Source of the DNA: Magallana gigas
Taxonomy: Eukaryota
Assembly: GCF_963853765.1 (NCBI RefSeq)
Contig: NC_088854.1
Span: 57,846,001 to 57,910,000 of the forward strand
DNA: 64,000 bases
Reading direction: 5' to 3'
Shown here: positions 53,960-64,000 of the stretch, one piece after another
How positions within the stretch are numbered: the first letter of the stretch is position 1
Layout of the letters: every line of letters starts with the position of its first letter
Translations under genes and position numbers: made by a program
The notes under the pieces: generated by a model
Told to the model about the DNA's origin: nothing
The model's input: the letters and a program-made list of their open reading frames with translations, nothing else
The model's database searches: none

Positions 53960-54019
53960 CTTGTGAAGAATGCGACAGACCAGTTTGGTGACTTGGTAGG
54001 GCACCTGACTAGAGATTCA
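53960..54019 (+). mobile_element. Fragment of a tRNA-derived repeat (probably the same family as 63641-63753)
   Basis: TTGGTAGGGCACCTGACTAGAGATTCA resembles a tRNA D-arm/anticodon-arm, preceded by GACAGACCAG (cf. GTCAGACCAG at ~63649). Not a complete cloverleaf. Confidence 0.4.
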
Positions 54020-54272
54020 TATGAAGGGGCGGGGGGGGGGGGCTTAACCTCAGTGTACAACACTGCATAGTGTGAATAGGGGTTTCGCTCTAGTTGGATA
54101 TTGATTCAAGCAAAAAGATTAAATATTCAGACCATCGAGTTAAGCTATTTGGTTAAATCAAGAGATTATGTTTGTCCTGATAGTTGTTAAGATTTCTGCA
54201 CTTGAAATACAAAATGTTCATACTGCATTTATTAATAATTTTAAAAAAAAATTTATTTCATAGGACACTGTG

Positions 54273-57200
54273 ATGGCGTCACAACAAGTTGTAGGAGGCT
54301 ACAATGTAGAGATATTTATGGGGGAAAATTTTGACAGAAAATTTCTGTGTAACCACTGTAGTTTGATTTTGAGAGACCCTGTACAAAGTTATTGCGGTCA
54401 CAGATTCTGTCGATCATGCATGGAAAGCATCATCAGGTAAAATGTTTTTTACACTTAATTTTTTTTGGTCAAGGTGCACGCAAAATGGGATGTTTTAATG
54501 TTTGGTTCTGTAAAAGTGTGCTTATTCTATCAACTGCTTGCATTGATAAAATGAATTATTGAAATATTGACTCGATCTGTTTTAAATACAGATTAAAAAT
54601 AATTCTTATGGTTTTTTGTATTTTTTTTATATTTTGAACCTCAAAGAAAACTATAAAATAAGTATATAGATATGATCTACATGTATTTTATGCTTTTATT
54701 TTTCAAGATATTGTAATTGCTACTGGAATAATTGCAATATTTTATCCCTTCCCATTAGATAAAGCTCAAATAAGGCTACATCTTTGCAGCTACTATGAAT
54801 ACTTTTTAAAAGGAACGGTAAACACTATCAGTTGATATAGTTCAATTATTTTTGCTACAGGTCCCATGAACAAGTGAGATGTCAGTCCTGTATTGAAGAA
54901 GGGACAATGGATGAAGAGTACAGTATACTGAAAATGGACCAGGTTAGTGAGGGGAGAGAACTCCAGGGTTCAACTTTCAATAAGTAAAATTATAAGACAC
55001 ATTCTTTTTCATCTTATAACCTATCACCCTGCTCACTCCTTTAAAGATCTTGCTTTATAAGCTCATCTGAACTAAAAATATGTTATATCGCCATTATCTT
55101 TTCAATGGAATATATTATTAATGTTTTTTGGAAATTAATACGTATTGAATAGGAATAATAGTTGATATTGTGTTATGTATTTAAGCTATATGTAATTAGC
55201 TGTTTGTGGTTCCATTTGGACATTATTGCATAGGTGAGCAATGTAACCCATGGGCCCCTTGTTTTAGAATTTCAAAAAAGTACAGGTATATGTATACTCT
55301 AAAATAATATAATTTAATATAGATTTTAGAATAACATAACTCATAGATGATAGAACTATTCTTAAAAGAGATTAAAACTTTCCATATTTATTAAATGTAC
55401 ATTTCAATGGAAAGCTTTTAAAATATTTGAATAACTTTTAGATGTTCCCAGACAATGCAGTCAGAAGAGAAATGGGAGCCATGGCCGCTAAGTGCATCAA
55501 TCCTAACTGTACATGGAAAGGAATCTTCAAGCAGTATGAAGTATGTACCACATTCTGCATTTACAATTAAGCTTTGTCATCTCGAACATCAACTCTCTGA
55601 ATACCATTGATAGTTGGAGTTATATTTTAGTCTTGTTTTAACATCAATATCTTGAATCCTTAGATATATGGAAGTTTCACTGTTTTTAATTACATTTGTA
55701 CCTCACTGCATACTTCGATGGGATAAGCTTTATTTTGTTGAATTTTAATACTGAACTGCAATCTGATTTTCAGGCTCATGTGGCCGAGTGTAAATTTAAG
55801 CAAGTTCCCTGTCAACTGTGTGGTAACTTGATTGAACCACAGGCCCTCCAAGATCACATGACCAAGGAATGTACAAAAAGAAAAATTGCCTGCAAGCACT
55901 GTCAGTCAGAGGTCGTAGTTGAGAACCTGGAGGTGGGTGTTTGTACAGGGGGATTTTCATGCATGCTTACAATGAAATAGTCAAAGCACTTATCTGCAAG
56001 ATTTCTGTGAAGAATTAAGACTACAACACATTTGAAATATAGTGTTTAGTTATGTTTACATGTAGTTGTATTTGGTTCTTTTTGCACAAACAACAATCTT
56101 GATATAGAATTTGATGGTAAAGAAAGGTAAATAATTTTTGTTTTTAGATAATGTAGACAACATTCTGTTGTTGGATATTAAATTTTAAATTTTGTTCGAT
56201 ATAATACAATGCTTATAAATATACATGTATGTGTCATTCTTTTTTCTGTATTTGTTGGCACACAGGCACATAATGCAGAATGTCCCAAAATGCCCATCAA
56301 ATGTGACTCTTGTGGCAAGAAAAAAATACCCAGAGACAAGGTATTTCTCTATTAAGCTCTGTGAGTCAAACTGGCTTTATAAGAATATAATTTGTGTAGA
56401 ATATTGTGAAATATACATGTACTTATAAGGTTAATTTAGACAAATTAAGCTATGGGTAGTTTATACACAATCTATTGGATTTTTCATGATTTGTGTATGT
56501 ACTGGTGTATGATTTTTATCAAACATGCTTTGTAAGTTTTCTATCCCCCAAGCCTGAAAGACTTTGAGTAGGGATATAATTTTAACAGAGTTGGAATTCT
56601 TCTGAGAAAAATGGAATTGATAAACTTTGAATTAAAAATTGAATTATTCCTGACTATTGTATATGTTTTATTTAGATGCAACATCACATAGACAAAGAGT
56701 GTTCCAATCAGAAGGTCCCATGTCTACCAGACTGTGGTGATGTATGTACAGGTCTTACTCATAGGGAAACCAGTACAAGATGTGAAACTTTTGTAATACA
56801 TGTATTGCTTGGTTGAATTTGTCATTTATTAAACATGCATTACTCAGGTAGTAGATTCCAATCAATTTTTTATACATACAGAAATCAATACAATGAACTG
56901 CATATGTACCTGTGCTTCTAGCAGTTTTTTCTCAACTTTCTATAGATCAGCAGAGATAAGTTTGTGGAGCATCTGGATAAACGTCCTGGGATCCACTTAA
57001 AAGCTCTGTCGGACAACTTAAACTCTTTACGTAATGATATAAACTCAAGGCTTGAAGCTGTCATTGTTCAAAGTGACCTTGGACAGTTTATTTCACACAT
57101 CACTGAACTCAAACAAAAAGTTCACCAACAGGAACAGCTGATTCAAACTCTACAAGGTCATCAAGCAGCCAATGGCACACCAGCAAATTCAAATCCAAGT

Positions 57201-59631
57201 GTGATACAAGCCAAAGTTCAGGCCTTGGAGCTGAAGACAGGTACCTTTGAAGGCATTGTTACGACACTTCACAGAGAAATTGAACGGTGTATTACTGCAA
57301 TTGAGAATGTTGAGAGGGGCAGGCAGGGTGAAAAGCAAGTAGTGGATAGTCTAGAGAAGAAGATACGTGCTCTGGAGAGGAGTATCTCACTGAAGGTGGG
57401 TTTAGTTTATTGTTGTTTAACAATGAACATCATATTGAATGTGAAGATGTACATGTACATTCTTGCACAAAAAGTTTAGCAGTAATACCTTTCTCCATTT
57501 TGTGTACAGTACTTTGCTTTGTAGCTCTTGGTAATGGTATATATTTACTATATTCTATCTTACTTCTTGTATAAATTGACACAAAAATTGATATATGCAA
57601 ATAATTTGTTAACAACCTACGATTTCTCTTTGAAGGATGTAGCTCTTGCTGAACAGGAACTGCGAATAAAGACGCTGGAATTGACGACTTATGATGGAAC
57701 GCTGTTCTGGAAGATTTCTGAGTGGAGCAAGCGGCGATCGGAGGCACAGAGCAACCAAGTGACCAGTCTCTACTCCCCCATCTTCTACTCCAGCAAGAAT
57801 GGCTACAAGATGTGTGCCAGACTCTACCCCAATGGAGATGGCATGGGCAAAAACACACACATGTCAATTTTCTTTGTTGTCATGAGAGGTATGAATTTGA
57901 TTAGATTATTCTTTTTACAGATTAAATCTTAATCAGATAGTGTAAATAAATATACTTGAGAGTTATCAGAACTTGTTCATGTATTTTGTGGATAACCCAT
58001 GATAACAAATCATTTGTTTTCTCAGAGATATTGATGTTTTTACCTTAATGCTTGAAAATTATTTTGTTTTAGAAAAATACATTTACTTTCTTAGACTACT
58101 CAATTATGAGTTATCAAAATTATTATCAAATTTGTTCTCTCACTATATTTTATAATTCTGCATTGTTTAAGAGACCTACCAGGTAGACATGATAAGAGAT
58201 CGAAATTTCATAATCTTATTTTTCATTTATTATGTTTGAAATGGTTTACTTGGGTATTCTGAATGTTTGATTAAAGTCACAGGTGCTTGAGGACAGGATC
58301 GACCCCCCCCCCCTTCCACCCCCCCCCCCCAATATATAGACCCCCGGGACTTTATTATATTATATATGTAGATGGTCTGATTTTTTAGAAATATTTGTTT
58401 TAAGCAATTTTGGGCAATGAATGTATAAATTAGATTAGAAATATGTCATAAAAAGATAATTTAAAAAATAATAATAAAGTCCCGGGGGTCTATAATCTGG
58501 GGGGGGGGGGGGGTGTGGATGGGGGGGGGGGTCGATCCTGTCCTCAAGCACCTGTGATTAAAGTTTGAATGTTAGAAGTTAAGATACAAGAGAGACACAG
58601 AGGTTGGAATTGATTGTTATGCTGACATTTGTTTACAAATAGTAATGTAATATATAACTATAATTTTAACAAATTGACTCACTGCAAACAGGATAGACTG
58701 ATTCATTGTGTTATGAATATTATTATTTACAAAAGAAAGCAACATTTGATTGCAATGTATACAATATGACACATATGTAAACAACAACAAGACTCAAGCT
58801 CTGTTTACAAAACAAGGATATTTAAAACTTTATAACTCTGTAACATGATATTTGACATTAAAATTTGAATGAAGCATAAAAAATGCCCATATTAATTATT
58901 CTAAACATTAAAAAATGTAAAAATTAAATGTGAAAATGTTGAGGACAGATTTTAGGAAACATATATCACCGTGAACAACCACATATTTTATACATGTACC
59001 AATATACAAGTTTATTTGAACAAATTTGCAATTGTTGCATAGCTCCCTACTATCATGAATTCCCCTTGCACACATCTCTCATAGAGCTGCTTAACCAGTG
59101 AGCAAGTAAAGAACGTCATCAGTCCTACTTCATCACTTGTTGTGCATATGACGTATGGCTGATGAATTTACCGTTACACATGAGGTTGCTTTAATGACCC
59201 CTATCGTATTAAAGTCTCTATAAAATTTGCTTCAAATATGTTTCATTTATTAAAATTTTTCATATTTTCATGAATGCATCAGAAAAGTATTATTAAAATG
59301 TAACTTCATAGCTTTACATGTACATCCACTGAGAGACAATCATTTATATAACTGGGTTCAATTTTTAGGTAACTTTGATGCTTTACTTCAATGGCCATTC
59401 TCATACCGTGTGACATTCATGCTCCTTGATCAGAACAATAAAGAACACCAGGTGGACTCATTTCGCCCCGACCCAAACAGTAGCTCTTTCAAACGCCCCA
59501 CTACAGAGATGAACATTGCGAGTGGGTGCCCACTCTTTATTCCGCTTGCCAAACTTGATGATCCAAGTCTTGCGTATGTCAAGGAGGACACTATGTTTAT
59601 CAAACTGGTGGTAGATGTACCAAGGGGTTGA
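54273..59631 (+). CDS. TRAF2: TNF receptor-associated factor 2 (RING, TRAF zinc fingers, coiled coil, MATH), ~536 aa
   Basis: Exons: 54273-54436, 54861-54942, 55442-55540, 55774-55932, 56266-56340, 56676-56741, 56946-57395, 57636-57888, 59369-59631 (1611 nt, in frame). RING CNHCSLILRDPVQSYCGHRFCRSC, FPDNAVRRE, CPKMPIKCDSCGKKKIPRDK, LELKTGTFEGIVTTLHREIER, LERSISLKD and MATH TYDGTLFWKIS..NGYKMCARLYPNGDG..FRPDPNSSSFKRPTTEMNIASGCPLF best follow TRAF2 among the TRAFs. Confidence 0.92.
55055..55265 (+). mobile_element. Short HINE remnant in TRAF2 intron 2
   Basis: AAGCTCATCTGAAC near 55060 and AGGTGAGCAATGTAACCCATGGGCCCCTTGTT (55232-55263) match the two ends of the 43381-47107 family. Confidence 0.55.
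58278..58556. mobile_element. 279-bp hAT-like (or P-like) MITE with 8-bp TSD in the last TRAF2 intron
   Basis: TSD ATTAAAGT at 58270-58277 and 58557-58564. The TIRs begin with a perfect CACAGGTGCTTGAGGACAGGATCGACCCCC / GGGGGTCGATCCTGTCCTCAAGCACCTGTG and extend imperfectly ~80 bp through poly-C/poly-G tracts. Confidence 0.85.
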
Positions 59632-62399
59632 TATCTAGTCCCAGCCTGCCAGACTAATTGATGTATGACGCAGATTGGTTATATATGTATATGTTAGGTT
59701 GTCCAAAGTTTATTCTACCTTTAATTTTACCTTAAAAAAAAATAATTGTTAAAAGGGCTATGCTATACTACATGTATACTTTAGAGCATTTATTATGCTA
59801 TCTCCATGTGCCAATTTCGAAAAAGAAGTAACAGCACTGATTCGACAATCAACAATAAGATTTAATCAAAATTTTCACAAAAGCAATTTTTATTCATTAA
59901 CATTGATTTTATACTAGCAGATACAGTGAATATTGAAATAAAATAGAGACTAGAAGTTTAAATATTTGTCTTGTCCGTTATGATAAAGAAAATCCCTGCA
60001 AGTATACCATATATGATCCAAACATTTTGTGCCCTAAATATTTTGTACCAATATTTCTACAGATTGCATTTGTATACATGTAGATGCAAAATGTAGAACA
60101 TAACTGCAAATGATATCATATTTGTTAATTTAAGTGATAATTTCTACAAGTGCAGGTGGTGTTAAAAAAGGATTAACTTTGGACAGCCTAATTTAGTTTT
60201 TTTTCTCACTTATTATATTTTAAAACTAGGGTCAGTTTACATTTTAAAATGCCCAGTTGTTGTTACATGCTTTCTAACTGTTAACAAGTTCTCATTTTAT
60301 TGTCAAACAATTACAATAAGTTTTAGAGATGTACATATGGGACTATGATAGAGTACATTACATAGTAATGGAAAAAGCAGCAAATGATGAGTTAACGATG
60401 TACAGTTTATATACATATGTATATAAATGTACATGTAAATATTGTAAACATATTGTAAATAAGTATTTAGATTGTGACTTTATGCTTGTGTATTTCTGTG
60501 TAAATATCAGCACATACTTAGCTTTCGTTACAAGAGCATATTAAGCTGAAATACAAAATGTTTGTATTTGGGATTTAAAAAGTGTCATCAGTACATGTAA
60601 TTATTAACATTTATATTGTCAGAACATGTTTTGTACATGTATGTATATGATTTTATTATGTAATCTTAAATGAATACTTTGCTAAATATATCATTTACAT
60701 GCAGTACTATAGGACAGTACTAAACATTGTTATAATGAACGGCAATCAGCAACTCACAGACACATGTACAAGTAAAACAGAAGTGGTGATGGTCAAATAG
60801 CGTTCTAAAGGTGATAGAAAAGCTGCTACTTCTATTCAGTACACTCATTTACAGTGAGGATAGTTTACCTACTTTTACTCACTTTTAATTGATAATTGAA
60901 AAGGGACTTAGAGAGGGTTATAATTATTGATAGCAACGATAAATGCCTTTATGGTGTTTCATACGAGCTATGAAGGTACCTGGTAGTATTGATGATCAAA
61001 ATTGGCATTTTTCTGATATGCTTGCTACCTTCATACCATCATGAACAACCAAAGATGAAGTTATGTTGTTTTAATACATTTTATTGATTAATTTATAGAA
61101 AAAGCTGAACTAGCTGGCTCTCCCAAATATGATATATATAGATAATTTGTTGGGTTAAGCGTTTTGAGTTATATACACCAATTGTACATGTATTTGGTTT
61201 TTTCCTGCATTGCCCACATCTGCTGTACCTTTAAGACCAGTAAAACGAGCATTTTATTGTTTGATTAAATGAAAAATATATATACATGTAGTAAGAGGAT
61301 GTACCAAACTAAGTTGCAAACTTACTGAATTGAAAAAAAACTTTGCTCAAAAACAAAATTAGAGATATAAAGCAACAAGGTAATGCATTTATGATATAGA
61401 CTTGTTTATTGCCTTTTATTTCATTATTATTGAAATATTATGTTGTATATTTTATGATGTAATTATAATTTTAATTTTTTAAAATTATTTATTTCATGAT
61501 TATTATAATGAAACTTTACATCCTCATATTCAGTATTTTCCATGTAACTATCCCAAGTTTAGAAAATCAAAGTTGTACATATATAACTGTCAATTTAGTG
61601 TGAACATGCAGCCAATTTTGTTTGCTTTATAATATTGCACTCTATCATTATAATTTATGTTTGTACATAAATTTACTGTAGATTCCTTATTTTATGAGGG
61701 TACTTGATATTCTATGATTCTGCCATTTTGTATCAAATTGCAAAAATTATAAATCATAAATAATTAACCTTTTTTATCATAATTTCACATACTGCCCGGT
61801 AGTTTAAAACCTTCGAGGTGTGCTTCTTGTGATTTTACATGGATATTAATTTCTCGCATTCAATTAGGAATCTACAGTATGCATGTACTTTACTGCAGCC
61901 ACTTTTTCAAATGTAAATAATTGCTTTCTGCTGGAATGTTCATTGTTGTGTAATAAATATATAAAAAGAAATCTGAATTAAGAAACAAGTTGTCATCATT
62001 TGTCATAATAAGCAGATTGAGAGCAAGTTGTGCTCCTATACCTATATGCAAACATACCAAAACTTTGGACTCTGAAAGGTCTTTGATCACTTCTGTATAT
62101 ACCGGTATACTATTAAATTTTATCTCTTTATATACCTTGTGATTGACCAATTTGATACCTGCATGGAGATTTTTAGGTGACCTCTTGCCATTTGTCTTTG
62201 TCCCATATTGTCAATATTATAAGACAATTTAACATTTTTAACTCCTTGAAAATTGCAAGGCCAATTGTTATCTATGAAGATTCTTTATAAGTTATGTTAC
62301 AGTAATAGAATTCATGATCTTGACTGCCTCACAAATGGGGCAAAAAATTAATGTTCAATTTTATAAACTTTCTTTTTATTTTGTTTTTATTTAAACAAT

Positions 62400-62600
62400 A
62401 TTTTATTCAATATAATACATGTAAATTGAATGGGATAGGGCAGCAGGCACAGCTTATTTAGCCCTCTCCCTACATCAAGGTCAAAATGAACAAATTGAAA
62501 TATTTAAATGTTATATAAATATTGATAAAACAAGACAGACTATAGAAAGATACAGATGAAAAGAAGAAAACAAAAAACTAACAATAAGGTATTGGTTTAA
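62400..62600 (-). mobile_element. Possible 3' tail of a non-LTR retrotransposon
   Basis: The minus strand reads GGAGAGGGCTAAATAAGCTGTGCCTGCTGCCCTATCCCAT..AATAAAA, resembling LINE 3' ends from memory. No intact ORF. Confidence 0.3.
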
Positions 62601-62874
62601 AGAGAAAAAATAAGAATAAATGCTGTTTTTTTTTATTTCACAGTGGAGAGAAACCAAATGCACCTGGAAATGATGTCAATGGAACCAATCTGTATCTCGC
62701 TCAAATACTTAGATCAAATACTTTTTAACACCAAAAAAATTATTAAGAAATAATTAATCAAACTAACTGTTTGCATGAAAAATATTACATGTATTATAGT
62801 TCCAAAACGTTGCTTTTTTCGGAAACAATTTTGCTGTCTGCAGATGTAAAACTGGTTTCACAACTAGTTTGGAT

Positions 62875-62963
62875 TGCGCAAGCGCACTGAATCGTAAACA
62901 TGGCAGAAGTCATTTCAGAGTGGGAGGTAAACCAAACGCTAGGTTTACGGGGATATCTCTCAG
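62875..62963 (+). other. Probable promoter and first (coding?) exon of an unidentified gene
   Basis: NRF1-like TGCGCAAGCGCA at 62875-62886, AAACATGGCAG start context at 62900, then MAEVISEWEVNQTLGLRGYLS and a CAG|GTAAC donor at 62964. Downstream exons could not be phased. Confidence 0.4.
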
Positions 62964-63640
62964 GTAACATCAAAAATTACCTTAATGTCTTTCTTATATC
63001 TTATTTCGATTACAAAGAGTTTCTGTGTCAGATCAGAAATGACAGTCGCAGTGTAAAGTCTGCCTCGGACTCGGCTGTATGTAGAGTGCTCATCATGCAT
63101 TGAACCACTCGATCACTTGTCCTCGAGTGACTCTCCTCTACGCTGTGTAGGGCCACAACAGATTCGCTATCAGCATGACAAGGTCTGATTGTTACAAAAA
63201 TTAAAACAACATGTGACCATTAAAACTATTTCAATCGCAACGAAAATAGGCAAATATACGCTGTTTTCGATACGGAGCTGGACCCTCCCCCTTTCCACTG
63301 AAAACAATAAGTGTCATACGACTTGCACTCCTTATAAAGAGTATTGAATATTTTTGGTTTATTGTTAGCTACAGTTAAATTTTTATTGTGTGTGGACAAC
63401 TATTAAATATGCATAAAATTGAAACTGGATCTCCCACTGAAATGACCAATCACCGTTCTGTCCTTTAAAAGATTATCAAATAATCATAGAAAATGGCACT
63501 CTCCATTGTGTACATTGAAAAGATCATTGTTGTAAGAATTTACTAGTTGTAATTTTATTAAAGTTCTGGTTGTGTGGAGATGCTTTTTGAGTTAATCAAA
63601 TTTTAAAAGAATGACTTCAGATTGTTTTGGCAAAGTATAC

Positions 63641-63753
63641 AGGTGTGTCAGTCAGACCAGTCCAAATACAGGTGCCAGATAGCTAAGTGGGTAGAGCTTC
63701 AGTGGTTCGGGTTTAATCACAGTCTGATCTGTCATCATTCCCATCCTGTTACA
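63641..63753 (+). mobile_element. Degenerate tRNA-containing repeat ending in TGTTACA (SINE or LTR-like)
   Basis: A-box TAGCTAAGTGG at 63680-63690 within GGTGCCAGATAGCTAAGTGGGTAGAGC, a degenerate B-box region GGTTCGGGTTTAATC, an internal deletion, and the terminus CCCATCCTGTTACA. Confidence 0.5.
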
Positions 63754-64000
63754 CATGTTTTAGTTTTAGAAATAGGGTTTCTTTAGAAAATACTATAATT
63801 TATCAGAAAAATATATAACGGGACCATGATTGAATAAGACTAACTTTTATTAAAAGAATAATTTACTTTTATTTGCACTAAGCTTGAAATTATTTTGTGC
63901 ATTTTATTTTTATAGGAGACTTCAGTGATATAGATCAACATGTTCAGTAACAGATTTCCCCTGTGAGGATTGATAAGAAAAGTAAGATGGAACTACTAGA

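Noticed and set aside
59632-61900. Multiple Pumilio-like UGUANAUA motifs downstream of TRAF2
   Set aside because: They cannot be separated from the local excess of TACATGTA/TGTACA words and high AT content, and the 3'UTR extent is unknown.
61890-62150. 86-aa minus-strand ORF
   Set aside because: AT-rich, with no recognisable domain or supported splice structure; it lies in probable 3'UTR or intergenic DNA.
63036-63173. Antizyme-like programmed frameshift (short ORF, stop, long ORF in another frame)
   Set aside because: No UCC-UGA shift site and no antizyme similarity; the stop is TAA and the frames are more simply explained by splicing or uORFs.

Overview
This is AT-rich, intron-containing eukaryotic genomic DNA, most likely an oyster (Crassostrea/Magallana), inferred from ~166-bp Cg170-like satellite monomers carried inside Helentron-type elements. 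Six genes were spliced by hand on GT-AG boundaries with continuous reading frames: USP20/33 (-, runs off the left edge), WDR47 (+), NELFE (-), QTRT2 (+), intronless NRARP (+) and TRAF2 (+). The probable 5' end of an unidentified seventh gene lies at ~62.9 kb. The four left-hand genes form two head-to-head pairs. NRARP sits alone in a ~30-kb stretch with no other recognisable gene, and its first ~18 kb is CpG-rich. That stretch carries many CSL/Su(H) sites, proneural E-boxes, HES, Runx and NF-kB-like motifs and a GATA-rich VNTR, and the NRARP 3'UTR has two K-box (miR-2 family) matches. The rest is non-autonomous transposons, several of them nested: Helentron-type HINEs, TIR elements with TA, TTAA, 8-bp and 9-bp target-site duplications (TSDs), and tRNA-like repeat fragments. 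The most interesting leads are (1) a gene set whose human orthologues mostly fall on MHC-paralogon regions, (2) a Notch-feedback regulatory landscape around NRARP resembling Drosophila E(spl)/Brd logic, (3) an unexplained >10-fold excess of the palindrome TACATGTA, and (4) triple-nested transposons. No CRISPR array, rRNA or intact tRNA gene was found. All motif counts are by eye, and human map positions and TE family traits are from memory.
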